DNA of 64,000 nt from Octopus vulgaris. Taxonomy: Eukaryota. How positions within the stretch are numbered: the stretch's first letter is position 1; each line of letters begins with the position of its first letter. The stretch covers positions 116,250,001 through 116,314,000 of the forward strand of contig OX597814.1 in the NCBI GenBank assembly GCA_951406725.2. The letters are read 5' to 3'. Both the position numbers and the translations under genes were made by a program. Shown one piece after another: positions 13,828 to 27,349 of this stretch. The notes under the pieces are model-generated. The model saw only the letters and a list, made by a program, of their open reading frames with translations. It was not told the DNA's origin and ran no database searches.

Positions 13828-13931
13828 AGGAAGTTTACAATTATAGTACTATTACATCTTAACTATTACTCTGGTTGTTAACATCCAGAGTCATAATAAG
13901 CATGTAATAGAACTATAATTGTGAACTTCCT
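13828..13931. repeat. Imperfect ~104 bp palindrome between (TTA)n tracts
   Basis: aggaagtttacaattatagt...gttaac...actataattgtgaacttcct. Confidence 0.9.
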
Positions 13932-13982
13932 CTCTCGTTTCGTTGTCTTTCTCTGACAGTACCACTTTTCCTCTTGTGTACC

Positions 13983-14056
<74 letters not shown>

Positions 14057-14150
14057 CATCATTATTATTATTGTTATTATTATTATTATTACTATTATTA
14101 TTATTTTTATTATTATTGTTATTATTATAATTATTATTATTATTATTATT

Positions 14151-14680
14151 GAGTGAGAGAGCAGTGCATGCTATCAAAATGACACTGGGGTAAAATATAC
14201 GAAGCTCAGTATACCCATCATGACTACCCGTCTGGTAAGGGTACACCAGGCACATGCATCACAACCATATGTGCGCGACATGGTGATCTCATATCAAAAT
14301 AAACACCACATAACCTTGCAGGTGGAGCCCAGTTAGAATTTTCTTCTGGTGGAGTAGCTCATCCCTCTCAAAAGGTCCCTGAATAAAGGTTGTTTCAGGA
14401 TGTTGAACGAAACACCCATGTTTCCAAAGGTGAATTATTAAAACCCCAAAGAATCCCTCTCAACACATGGCTATGATACTCCCTCGTTACTTCTGCTCGT
14501 GATCAGAGATGCACATATCATCAGCCACTAAGGGACATGCTCAACTGGTTAAGGTCAAACAACTGACAAGCAAATCTGTGGTATTGAGCAGAATATTTGC
14601 TGTAGCCCATCTTTTATACCAAGACAAAACAATGTACATGATAACACTTCCAATCAGTTAAGATCAGAAGCCATGACAAA
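14151..14680. mobile_element. Probable interspersed repeat inserted in a (TTA)n tract, class unresolved
   Basis: Complex ~530 bp block bounded by long (TTA)n on both sides (13984-14150 and 14683-14860). Confidence 0.45.
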
Positions 14681-14681
14681 A

Positions 14682-14760
<79 letters not shown>

Positions 14761-14792
14761 GTTATTATTACTATTACTATTATTACTATTAC

Positions 14793-14861
<69 letters not shown>

Positions 14862-15573
14862 GATTTCCTTCTCTGAATTCTGTTTCCATTTCTTATTGTG
14901 TGTCTTTCTGACACCTTCTTCTTCTTCTTCTTCTTCTTCTTCTTCTTCTTCTTCTTCTTCTTCTTCTTCTTCTTCTTCTTCTTCTTCTTCTTCTTCTTCT
15001 TCTTCTTCTTCTTCTTCTTCTTCTTCTTCGTCTTCTCATCATATTTCTTGTCGTCATTATCAGTTTTTGTTATTAAGTTTTAGTTAAAGTTATTTCGTGT
15101 CTACAAACACCTGTGGGGCGGTTTCTGGTTCTGTGTATGTTCACATAAACGTTTATCTTCTTTAGATTTGGTTTTACTCTGAAAAAAAAACTATTTTATG
15201 TTGTTGAATTTTCGTTAACGAGATTAAAATTCTTTGATGTTGCGTCAAAAGGAACTTTAACCTAAACTTTTTAAAGGAAAACTAACAACATATAATTAAA
15301 GATATCTGCAAAGAGACACAGGTGTGAACGCGCACTCGCACAAACACCCTATGCATGCAGACAATATAGAATCGTTGGCACCTGTACAAATGAATCGTAT
15401 GTATACACTTAGTGATGAAAATAAACAAAGTTGTAGCTATTCTCCTGGACTAATCATAAGCGGAGTTTCTCAGTATTGATTCTTACATAGAGCTGCTTAG
15501 GTTTCCAAGATATAGGCTAAGACAATTCGATTCCAATGTGTTTATATATATATATATTCACACACACATACAC

Positions 15574-15624
<51 letters not shown>

Positions 15625-15625
<1 letters not shown>

Positions 15626-15837
15626 TATTAATATAGGATGAAATTTTTTTCAGAAAAAAATTTCATCAGAAAGTGGCAGCATATTAAAATACCTTTACAG
15701 CTTAAAATTATAAACAACTTATAAACAAGGTCAAAAGAAAACTTATTTCCATGCCAATGTTCTGATAACAGACTTTAAAGTCTGTTATCAGCATATTGGG
15801 ATGGAAATAATTTTTCCTTTGCCCTTGTTTATAAGTT
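15625..15837 (+). other. (TA)n-flanked motif-plus-hairpin cassette (hairpin 15716-15837)
   Basis: aggatgaaa..agtggcagcatattaaaa followed by a palindrome centred on gactttaaagtc. Confidence 0.8.
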
Positions 15838-15877
15838 ATATATATATATAAACATCTATACATGCACGAGCACACAC

Positions 15878-15926
<49 letters not shown>

Positions 15927-16557
15927 CGCACACTCACACACATATGTGTATGCATGTATTCGTTGTGTATATGGGGTTTAAATCCTAGCTTTGTCCTCTT
16001 GGAGCACATCTGTTTATTCCAGTATTCTAAATTCGTATATTCGTATGCACATACAAGCTGAACATTCTGGAAATTATGCTTTGTAGTGTGACAATATATC
16101 AAAACAGGAGAATGGAAAATATCTTGGTATTATTGATTTGCCATCACATACGTTTCATTTACTGATACGAGTTACAAGGTTATATAAGTAAGAGAAACCT
16201 GTAAAATGCCTCCTATTAGAAATCTTGAGACAGAAAATCAAATGGTAACAGTATTATTTGATTCTCTGTCTGAAAAATTTCCAATAGGAGATATCTTACA
16301 TGTTTCTCCTACACGTACAACTTCGAATTCCCTATTAGCAAATGAAACATGTATACATGTAAATAAATAATACCAACATCTATATATATGAAATTGTCAG
16401 TGCAACCGCACAAATTTTACGAGTAGAATCTAATATGCCGGTATTTTATGTTTATAATTATATCCTTAAATATTGTATCAGGGTTTAACACTTCTTTTTC
16501 GTAGGTATATTGCTTTATTATGGAGAGCAATTTTGCATAGAATATGCTAGAGAGTCA

Positions 16558-16693
16558 AGACTATTGAAAATGTTGCAAGACGCAACGAAAATTTTAGGAA
16601 AATAAAAATAAGAAATAAATGGAAATTTTACCGGTGAGTGTGTTAAATTATAAGGCACAAAAAGAAAATGACTTTCTCCAGACACAACAGAAT
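16558..16693 (+). mobile_element. Truncated copy of the MITE at 33946-34152
   Basis: agactattgaaaatgttgcaagacgcaacg...ccagacacaacagaata nearly identical to 34014-34151. Confidence 0.85.
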
Positions 16694-17446
16694 ACTAGAG
16701 AAAATTGTAGTTCTGGGGAAGAAGGACTGGAGTTTCTACGTAGTATTTACTTTGCTAACATCATCTGGTAAGGGTTTCACAAAGAATGGAATTGACAGAT
16801 GTTAGTCGATTATATATATGTTAGTCTGAAAAGAAATTGCTTCCTAACATTGGTATTGATGCTGTCTCAGAGTCTGAAAAGAGTTAATGATAAAATGTAT
16901 TATGGATGATATACAGAGTTTTATTTGAATACAATTGGATTATTTCACCAATCAATGTGAATATTTTTCTAGTGCAGGATGAATTTGTACTTTATGTACG
17001 ATCAGTGCCTGCATCGAACTGAAATATTTCGTAATTCTGTCATCACCTTGTCCTGTGGAAAAGTTATGGCAAACACAAAGCTTTGGTATTTTGAAGGAAT
17101 ATTATATATTATTATATTTGAAATAATATTCGATAAGGAACCGTCTCTGTATCTCACATCTACTAAAGTTGTTAATCAGTAAACAGTGAGACGCCGTTTG
17201 TATTTAATATCTTGAGATTTGAGTTTCATACTAATTGTAATCTATAATTTATGCCTCCTAGCATTTATCGCTGTTGTATTATTGAATTTTTTTTATTTCT
17301 GTCTGGCTTTCATTTTAATATATCTATATTTACAGAATCACTACGCTATGATTTGACGTAAGAGAACACAGCACTAGTAAATATGAGCGCAGGATACTGA
17401 CATGAATACACATTCACATATTCACATATGATAATATACATGTATA

Positions 17447-17497
<51 letters not shown>

Positions 17498-17547
17498 CAT
17501 ACATACATACATACATAGATATATACATACATATATATGTATATGCA

Positions 17548-17609
<62 letters not shown>

Positions 17610-17610
<1 letters not shown>

Positions 17611-17927
17611 CAATTACAATAAATGAGGATAAAACTTTTCTTAAAAAATTTTATGAGTGGCGAGCGTATAAAATGAAACCGATTAAGGTGAAAAATTATA
17701 TGTATAATTATAACAAAGGCTTAGAAAAGAAATTTTCTAGCCTATTTGCTGAGAAACAGACACTATATCGTTTCTCTATTCAAAGAAGTCAGAATTAGAT
17801 GTGCTGAATTCATGTGTCAAATTCAGCACATATGTTTGTGACTTCTTTTAATAGTGAGACGATTTCGTGTCTATTTCTCAGCATATAGGCTAGAAAATTT
17901 ATTTTCTAAGCCTTTATTATAATTATA
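17610..17927 (+). other. (TA)n-flanked motif-plus-hairpin cassette (hairpin 17703-17927)
   Basis: aggataaaa..ttttatgagtggcgagcgtataaaa followed by a ~225 bp imperfect inverted repeat. Confidence 0.85.
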
Positions 17928-18282
17928 TATATATAAATATATGTATTTTGTTAAATTATTCAGCATTCAACCACGGATGAGAACAATATTAGACTGTGGT
18001 TCGTGGAGCGAACATACTGTGGTCTTTGTTGGGCGGTGGACTGAACATGTGCAAGGATGACATATGTATGTGAATGTGCTGTTTTATTTCAAGATTTCAT
18101 GCCAATTCATAAAGAGCCGGTTTCTAACCTAGATCCAAGTCTCCTTTATTGGAATGTAAACATCAACAACAAGGTATTTTTGTACGTATGTATGTATTTA
18201 TGTATATATGCATGCATGTATATATATATATATATGTATGTAGACTGTGCAGCACCTCACGCTTTTAATAATAATAATAATG

Positions 18283-18343
<61 letters not shown>

Positions 18344-18349
18344 TGATAA

Positions 18350-19490
18350 TAATAATGCTACAGAAGAGCTGAACTCTATGCTAAAAATAAGATAAAAGGG
18401 TTAACAGGCTAGCCATTCCAGTCATAAGTTACATTTTCAACTTAATAAACTGGAATGTTAGTGAATTGATAAACTTAAATAGAGAAAGCAGTAACTCCTA
18501 TAAAATAACAACAGTCGAACTAGAAAAATATTTAGAAACAAAAAAGTGGAAGACTATCATGTGTATTAAAATAACACACGCAGACTCATAAAATGTAAAC
18601 GCTTTCTCCTAAATGCAAGAAGGCGACGAAATACAAAACAAAAATGAACTACTCTGGAACACTGAGCTCTGAAGACAACACATAAGAAATGGTTAAGAAA
18701 ACAAGAAACATCATGGAAGCAAAACTGCAAAACACAGTAAATAAGAAATGAAGAGAAAAATACCTCCATGGCGAATCCCCTGTATGACTTGAAAGAAAAG
18801 AAAAGTGAGCCTAAGTTATGACCAACGGTTCTGGACTAAAAGCAGAAACGGAAGCATTAATTCCCGCCGCACAAGACCAATGCCTGGCCACAAACAACTA
18901 TAAAAGCAAAGCAATGAAAACAGGCCCTAGCACCAAGTGCAGAATGAGCAACCAAACAATGAAACAGCTTACCAATACAATGAGACACAATCTCTAGTTA
19001 TCCTGCCCTTTGCCAATTCTGAATATATACGCAGATATGACCGAGTAAGTAGTTATATTCACTGAAAAATATGCCAACGCTGTAAATGAAAACTAACAAG
19101 AAATAGTACAAACATGTGACAAACGAGGTACATGACAACGACCAGGCCACAAATATCTGGGATATGCCTGTTCCAATTGACAAAGAAATAAAAAGCTAAT
19201 TTCCCTGACATAATAATCAAGGATTGGAGAAAAAAAAACAACGTCTTACTGAAATACACTGTAGTCTCTTCTGAGTAAAATATTTCCTAAAGAGAAGTGG
19301 GGAAATTATCAAAGTACAAGGACCTCAAAATTGAAGTATTCAGGAAGTGGGGCATTTAAGATTGGAGCATTTGGGAAAGGAATCTTGCGATCAAAATCGT
19401 AGAAGCTCTACCAGGACCATCAGCACTACACATTATCGAAATACAGCCTTACTAGGAAGAGCCGATCTCCTCTGTGAGACACTATCAGAT
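18350..19490 (+). pseudogene. Decayed R4/Dong-like LINE 3' region (zinc knuckle and endonuclease)
   Basis: GLKAETEALIPAAQDQCLATNNYK..KCRM (~18833), IWDMPVPIDKEIKANFPDIII (~19155), KLSKYKDLKIEVFRKW (~19303); starts after (AAT)n. Confidence 0.85.
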
Positions 19491-20011
19491 CAACAGTACA
19501 TCTTATAATAAAACAATCCACAAACACAAGACACACTTCGTACAGTAAATATCCGATAAAATAGATACTCCTCACAGCATGCACTCTACAAGTCAGATAC
19601 CTAACAGAACACAACGCACATTACTCACACAACAAACAGCACACAATGCAAACAATAATACGGTAATACAATGCAACCAAGCACCATAGCAAAACAAACT
19701 GACGTGATACAATACCGGAAAGAGTTTGCATTCTTTCCTCTCGCCCCCCACCCCAACAAAAAAAAACGAACGCACAATACTGAATAGACCTCGGCAGCAC
19801 GGACGTTTAGGCGGTGATGCTGTAGAAATTTGTCTGAAGGAATCAAATGTTGAATAGTAATGATGATGATGATGATGATGATTCTAATAATAACAATAAT
19901 GATATATAGATAATCTATCTATCTCCTGCTCCTTCTCTTTCTCTTTCTCTCACTCACTCTCCCTCTCTCTCTATATATATATTTATATATATATATACAT
20001 ATATACATAAA

Positions 20012-20310
20012 TGTGGAGGCGCAATCGTCCAGTGGTTAGGGCAGCGGACTCGCGGTCGTAGGATCGCGGTTTCGATTCCCAGACCGGGCGTTGTGAGTGT
20101 TTATTGAGCGAAAACACCTAAAAGCTCTACGAGGCTCCGGCAGGGATGGTGATCCCTGCTGTACTCTTTCACCACTCTTTCTCTCACTCTTTCTTCTGTT
20201 GGCCTGCTCGCTTAGCCAGCGGGGTGGCGTCATCCGAAGGCTAAAACAATGCGAACGCATTGTGACCAGCGATGTGTAGCAACATCTGATGGTCTGGTCG
20301 GTCACGTGAC
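20012..20310 (+). mobile_element. tRNA-derived SINE family B
   Basis: ggaggcgcaatcgtccagtggttagggcagcggactcgcggtcg..ggtttcgattccc. Confidence 0.85.
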
Positions 20311-20379
20311 GTGATATATACATAAATATATATATTTGTATACATGCATATGTAATGCATCAATCTGCGTGTGGTGCTG

Positions 20380-21420
20380 TTTGTAACCACACTAAAATTA
20401 TTGTTGGGGGAAAGTTCCTTGGGGTTGTCGATTCATTTGTCTACCTTATAAGCTCTGTTCAAAATGATGGAAATCTTGATACAGAAATACAGCTGCGAAT
20501 TCAGAGGGCAGCAAAAGCATTTGGCAGCTTGGAGTCACGCGTTTGGTGCCAGTGACATATAAATAAGAATACAAAGCGGGCTCTTTAAAAAACATTTGCC
20601 ATACCAACCCAGTTGTATTCTTGTGAAACTTGGACTTGTTATGAAAGGAATTTTAAATTGTTAGAACAATTTCACCAACAATGTCTTCATCGCATTTTAA
20701 AAATTAAATGGAGTTCTTTTACTCAGACACAGATGTCCTTGCATCTGCAGGCACCACCTCAATTAAAGTTATGATTTTGAGGAACCAACTGAGATGGTGT
20801 GGCCATATTCTTCGAATGGCAGATGAACGCATGCCGATCAGCTGTTTTATGGTGATCTTGCAGAGGGGAAATGCTATCGGCGTAAGCCTAAAAAAGGTTT
20901 AAGAACGGCATAAGGACTACTATGAAGTCACCTGGAATGGTTCCAGAAGATATAGAAACCCTTGCTTCGGATAGAGTCGGATGGCGAACACAGGTGTAGA
21001 GTGGAGTGAAAGCATTTGAAGAGGCCAGGATAACGCAAGTAAGACTCAAAAGATATCTAAGGAAGAATGTAACGATCAAGAAGGTGAATGACAATGACCT
21101 TTTTGCGTGCACAGCCTGTGACAGACCATGCCTGTCTTTTGCTGGCCTCAAATCGCATTGGCGAACGCATGGAAAACGAACCTCCACCAACTATTCTGGC
21201 TATATGTCTGTGCACACCTTTGAATGCAGTGTATGGCAGAGGTTTTGCAAATCCGACGGAGACCTCAAAAGACATTTTAAGATCCACGAAGAGCAGAACT
21301 TATCTGCAGCTCTTGGCGGTTCAAATCGGAAGTAAAATCTATGTAGGTGTCTTTTCAGAACATTTTCTGGTTTAAAAAGAAAGCCACATCAAATGCCTTG
21401 ATTGTGCTAAGGCATAGGTG
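20380..21420 (+). pseudogene. 5'-truncated RTE-clade LINE ORF2 C-terminus with two C2H2 zinc fingers
   Basis: VDSFVYL..DTEIQLRIQRAAKAFGSL; QLRWCGHILRMADERMP; FACTACDRPCLSFAGLKSHWRTH; stops and frameshifts present. Confidence 0.9.
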
Positions 21421-21473
21421 CAGGAGGTGGTCAAACTCTGCATAAGGAGTAGACAACCACCACACACACACAC

Positions 21474-21801
21474 ATATTTATATATTTATATTGAGGGCAT
21501 TACTATACATGAATGCCACACGCTAAGAGGGACTCTTAAAGTCAAATCTACCAAAATAAATAAAAAGTTTGTATCGAATACGAGGGAATGCAACTCTCTT
21601 ATTCGATACAATGTGTTTATTTATTTTGGTAGTTTTGACTTTAAGAGCCCCTCCTAGCGTGAGGTATTTATGTATAGTAATGCCCTCAATATAAATACAT
21701 AAATATATTTTAAGAAGAAAAATTGATGGATTTTCCCTAATGAGGTTTTTCACGCCAACTACTTGATAATTTCTTATAAAGATTTTATCCTATTTTAAAA
21801 T
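21474..21801 (-). other. Motif-plus-hairpin cassette (hairpin 21474-21706)
   Basis: ~230 bp imperfect inverted repeat; minus-strand aggataaaa..agttggcgtgaaaaacct upstream. Confidence 0.8.
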
Positions 21802-23164
21802 TATATATATATATATAAATATATACAGTGGTGTGCTTTTGCGCGGCTTCCCTGCACCCCGTTATAATACTACAGCACAACAATAAACACTTGTTCAACC
21901 GGAGCAGTTAGGGATTGAAACATGTTTGCAGTGTCAGCCTGTTCGCCGCTTGTTTTTCACTTGTAGATGTCACATGATATGTGTATAAGAAGATTCATTA
22001 ATTTCCAATAATGACAATGTCAATTACAATTATATTCAATTCCATTTTCACGTGTTATTATTGGTTTCGTATAAAAACGTTTTAGATGATTTCCCAGGTC
22101 TCTTTCTGCAATGTATCCATTGGTTTCTCGGTTACTAGGCGGAATTAATTTTTCTTGAAAGCGGTGTGAATAGTGATACTGTGAGAGCTGTGAAAAGTTT
22201 TATTTCTTTCTTTTTTTATGAACGTTACATACGTTGTTTGATATTTGGAACATTGTTAAAGTGTGTAATGTTGGCTACATTAATACCATTAACTGAATAT
22301 TTTATATTTCTTTTTGTTTTATCGGGAACATTAGAATGATAGGAACAATAGTGAACCACTGAAATAAAGTCGTCTGAAGTCCTGCAATGCGAAGAAATTG
22401 GTGATGGTTTCCGTCGGCCAAGGGGAGTCAATTAAATTTCACATATAACACTACAGGAGATTTGTTAGTTTGCTATGATGAAGATAGTGTTTCATTGTAG
22501 AGAAATTAGCATGATCGCGAGGTCCAATAAAAAGCGAGAGAACATTTTAATATTTAATCTTTTCCTAAATTTCTCTCAGCGAATTGCTGCAGAGTTTCTA
22601 TTAAAATACATCAATCTAATAAACAAATGCAATTTATCTCTAGAAGTGTGAACCTTCCTTTTAGTATACTTACGTTTTAGATTAAACCATTAGGTGAGTA
22701 AAGAGCGATATATTGATTAATGAATGACACGTCTATTAGTCTGTCTGCGTTTTGTTAGATTTGTCTGGATTCATTTAGCTGTATATATGTCCAGTTATCT
22801 AAATTATGTATCTTGCACTCATGTGTGTGTCTATAAACGTTTATTTTATATATATATATATGTGTGTGTATGCATACATACATATATATGTGCGTTTATT
22901 ATGTCGATGTGTGAATATATATGCTTATATGCGTAAATCTTTGAGAGTAGCTTCTCACCTTCAAACCGTATTACATTATTTACAAACATGGTTCTCAATG
23001 CAGTCAACTCTCTGTGTGTTTAAGTGCTGTCCAAAATAAACACACTTCATTTTAAAGATTTCAAGGAAGATAAACGATGTTGCAATGGCAATCAGCATTG
23101 TTTCTTATAACGTAAACAATTGTTAGCTAATAAAGGTGATTACGTGTCTCGTGTACTTTTGTTA

Positions 23165-23330
23165 TGAATGCTCGAAATGAGTAGCAGATAGACAGCCGAT
23201 AACTGAAGAAGGGTCGTTCTTCTTGTTACTTGTCATGATTTCTATTTTTACTCTTGTTGTCTGCGTGTTTTACTCGTTTATCATCTTACTCCATGTTGTT
23301 TACATAGTTGGTGACGTCCTGTACCCGTAT
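23165..23330 (+). mobile_element. Short (TA)n-terminated repeat homologous to 60445-60620
   Basis: Shared aatgctcgaaa..gagtag..cagcc..aactgaNgaagg.tcgttct..tgacgtcctgt.cccg. Confidence 0.7.
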
Positions 23331-23349
23331 ATATATATATATATATATT

Positions 23350-24331
23350 CCACTGAGTGACCACATAGACTCATGCGCTAAAGACTCAAACCCCAAATTC
23401 TATATATTCCCCTTCTACCAATGTAAAGACGGGGTCACCACACAGGAGAGAATTAACAAGGAGAATCTCTTCATTGAAAAATTCCAAACACAACTTAATA
23501 TACAAACTCCTCGTTGATCAAACTTCCCTTTTCTACCTCATTCTTCATGGATGGACTCACACAAATATATAAGGATACCATAGATTCATCACTTCAAGCT
23601 AAAACTTATATTCTTTAAATATCATTTTTACTATTGTTGTTATTACCATCATTTTTATTATATATGACATAACAATCTGAAATGTAATTATAAATTGGTC
23701 TATGCAAATTTATATAATTAGAAAATAATATAAATAAAGTGTTAAAATCTGAAAGTTAAGTTAACAAACAATTATATAAAAAAGATAATACAAATGAAGC
23801 TAAAATCATAATTTTATAATTTGGGGTTTATTAGCAGCCTTTATTACAGGGGATTTTCTGAAACAAAAATTAAAGAACTCAAAAGAGTTGTCTCCCCTTA
23901 TTCACAACACAGGAACTGAAGAACCACAATTACTACTACTTCCTGTTTTTGCCAACATCCTTAATTAAACCAAACAACACATGGTCTTAATCCCATCGGA
24001 TCCTAATACCTCAAGGTAACTTTTTCGTGAACAATCATTAAACTCAAGATACACAACGAACTCACAATGTATTATTTATTATTATTCTTTTGCAAAAAAC
24101 AATGCAACTTTCTTTTTTCCCCTTTCTCATTTTAAAAAAAAACTTTTGTTACATAACTATTCTTGATAAGTCACACTATGACGAAAACCGGTTTGAATAA
24201 ATATATATTTATATATTTTTTCAATTTCTCATTTCATCAAAATTTTCTTTCAATCTAGCATTCTGCATTTTTACAATTTTTCCTTGCTTATCATTTCTCC
24301 ACGTGCGGTCAACACAACCCCACCATTTATT

Positions 24332-24334
<3 letters not shown>
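23350..24334 (+). mobile_element. 5'-truncated Penelope-like element: GIY-YIG C-terminus, 3' UTR and hammerhead
   Basis: SDHIDSC..FYIFPF..ERINKENLFIEKFQTQLN resembles a PLE endonuclease tail; HHR at 24158-24199; bounded by (TA)n and (CT)n(TA)n. Confidence 0.75.
24158..24199 (+). ncRNA. Type-I hammerhead ribozyme, U3-A8 core variant
   Basis: tattc-TTGATAA-GTCA cacta TGAC-GAA-AACCGGTT(palindrome)-T-gaata. Confidence 0.75.
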
Positions 24335-24420
<86 letters not shown>

Positions 24421-24622
24421 GTAAGTTCAGCAAAATTTAGATTCAGATGATTATGGTACTTTAGTTAAAGGTACCAGAATTTAGTATGGTATTATCCATA
24501 TAAATCAAATAGGGTGATTATAATCGACATTTTAAAAGCTGATGTAATAGAGTGTTCAATAAAATGAAGTAGCATAAAGCAAATGTACTACACTACCTTG
24601 GATATCCTTGTTGCTTATTTTG

Positions 24623-24679
<57 letters not shown>

Positions 24680-24683
<4 letters not shown>

Positions 24684-24927
24684 AGGCGTGTGGCGTAGTG
24701 GGTAGAGTGTCAGCACCATGATCGTAAGATTGTGGTTTCGATTCCTAGACCGGGCGAGGCGTTATGTTCTTGAGCAAAAAACTTCATTTCACGTTGCTCC
24801 AGTCCACTCAGCTGGCGAAAATGAGTAACGCTGCGATGGACTGGCGTCCTGTCCAGCTGGGGAACACATACACCATAAAATCCCGGAAACCAGTCCCATG
24901 AGCCTGGCTAGGCTTTAAAAGGGCGCA

Positions 24928-24928
<1 letters not shown>
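24680..24928 (+). mobile_element. tRNA-derived SINE family B
   Basis: Close match to 11162-11410. Confidence 0.85.
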
Positions 24929-24987
<59 letters not shown>

Positions 24988-24990
<3 letters not shown>

Positions 24991-25179
24991 GTTTGAAAAT
25001 GCAATTTTAAAAGATGTTTATTCACTTGACCGGTTTCAACTTTTTAGAAAAAGGTTGTCAAAAGTAACATGTAAAAGGTTTCAACAAAGCTTTATATTTT
25101 ACTTTTGACAATCTTTTTCTAAAAAGGTGAAACCGGCCAAGTGAATAAACATCTTTTAAAACTGCATTTTCAAACCTTC
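24988..25179. mobile_element. ~190 bp palindrome made of two head-to-head HHR-plus-AATAAA units
   Basis: Minus 25024-25065 actt-TTGACAA-stem-GAAACCGGTC-aagt-g-aataaa; plus 25101-25142 is the same with GCC instead of GTC. Confidence 0.75.
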
Positions 25180-25266
25180 TTTCATATATAATACCACTCG
25201 TGCGGTATCTTACAACTTCACTTTGTTATATATATATATATATATATACATAAATACATACATAAT

Positions 25267-25351
<85 letters not shown>

Positions 25352-25861
25352 AATATATCCGCACCGTATTGGCCCGATCGTTAGAACAAGGGTCGACCAC
25401 TTTATTCCCGATCTCTCTTCTCTTGCCCCAAATATTCCAGCATCTAATTTACTTTTATGTTTCTGTGGATGAATAAAATAAATTATCAAACCAAAATTTA
25501 GATTAGTGGAATTGTCAGAGCATCATAAAGATCCACGTGCATTTTTTCTAGTTCTTATTGTTTAGAATTCTTTCGAAGGATGATTTCATTCGTCCAGTTG
25601 TTTGACAACAGCACTTGGTAACTGAGTGGATTTCGCGGAGACCAGTAGGCATTCGGAGTTAATTCTACACTTCACTCTCAGCAAGCCTGTTAAAGGATTA
25701 AATGTACTGCTCTTCTCTATCTGTGTGTGAGTATAAAAATATATATAAATATACGTATGTGTTTGTGTGTGTATATATATGCATATCTACATCTGTATTG
25801 AGATGTAATGTTTATCGCCACTTCAGCATGGCTGTTCCGTAGAAACCGGCGTTACTACCGG

Positions 25862-26106
25862 TTTAACCCCTGGAAGACGCCTCCTCCACCTGGTTTTTCA
25901 ATGCAATCCGCACACGATATATATTGCAAGTATACTCTAGCGGGCGAATCTCCACCACCAAGAATGATCAGAAAGAGGTCGAAACCGTACGGTCTGGTGG
26001 TCTCGTGGATGGAAGATGGTAAGGATTCACTCCCCTGCTTGCAATGTATATGGAGCGCAGATTGCATCGAATAATCACTTGGAAGAGACGTCTTCCTGGG
26101 TTTAAA
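25862..26106 (+). ncRNA. ~245 nt rod-like hairpin with a degenerate hammerhead at its apex (25952-26000)
   Basis: Arms ggaagacg/cgtcttcc, atgcaatc/gattgcat, attgcaag/cttgcaat; ccacca..GATC/GGTC-GAAAC-CGTACG-GTC-tggtgg. Confidence 0.65.
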
Positions 26107-26373
26107 ATTATTTCTCAGTATACTTACTGCTTTCATCACTTATTGAGATTTTCTAAGAAGCCAATTTGCTTCCATCTATCTAGAATTATATAGAACTGCC
26201 AGGATGTTTTCGACTCCATCCACATAATATATGATGATGATGTTGACAATTATGGTCTCTCTCTTATTCCGAGGTTGACGGATCTGCAGTTTCTTGCTGA
26301 ATGGCCGGCACAAATAATTTGTTTATAGTGATGAAATGTATGTGCTGAAATGTATATGAAATGTATATTAGCT

Positions 26374-26605
26374 CACGGCGAACTGGCAGAAACGTTAGCA
26401 CATCGGACGAAATGCGTAGCCGTATTTCGTCTGCCGTTACGCTCTGAGTTCAAATTCCGCCCAGATCGACTTTGCCTTTCATCCTTTCGGGGTCGATTAA
26501 ATAAGTACCAGTTACGCACTGGGGTCGATATAATCAACTTAATCCGTTTGTCTGTCCTTGTTTGTCCCCTCTCTGTTTAGCCCCTTGTGGGTAGTAAAGA
26601 AATAG
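26374..26605 (+). mobile_element. SINE family A, near full length
   Basis: Matches the family consensus seen elsewhere in the window. Confidence 0.85.
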
Positions 26606-27349
26606 TGTATTAGCTCATGTCCTCCATAATATCGATATTGACTGAACAGGAGCACGGTGTGCCACGCAGCAGGCGTCGAAGTGGTCGTAGATGAACGTTA
26701 GGTGAAGTATTTTGCTCGAGATTACTACACACCACTCAGTCTAAGAATTGAAACCACGATCATAACAAGCCAAAGAAAAAAGTATGAAGATAAGATGTCA
26801 GATGCGTTTGTTTATATTAATTAAGGTGAGATCGAACCAGGAAATTATTGAATATCAAGAATCAATAAGAGTAATTTGCAGGGATTGTTGCATGTTAATT
26901 CGTTTAGAATAGGGCGTAGTTAGGTTGAAATGTTAACTGGTAGGTAGGGAAAGGTAAAGAGAAAATGAAGTTGTGTGGGAGTAAGTGAATGAATGAGTAG
27001 GTAAGAGGAGGGGGTCAACGGAAATGAATGAACATGATAGATACTTATTGGCATATGAGTAAAAGGGATGGCAGGGAAGACGGAAATGCATTGATGTGCA
27101 AAATCGTTATATTTATAACTTCGGCGAGGCAGGCTGTAATGGTCAGCATTATAAAATGTGATAGGCAGCAGATACGTATAAATAAAGGAAAAATAAAAAA
27201 AGATAGAGATAGAGATAGTAATAGAGAGAAAGATATAGAGATAGAAAGAGAGAGGAGAGAGGGAGAGAGAGTAACAAACACATGAAAAGAGAGGAAATGA
27301 GTTACAAAGATTGTAAAGAAATAGAAAGGTAGTTAAATAGATAAATTGA

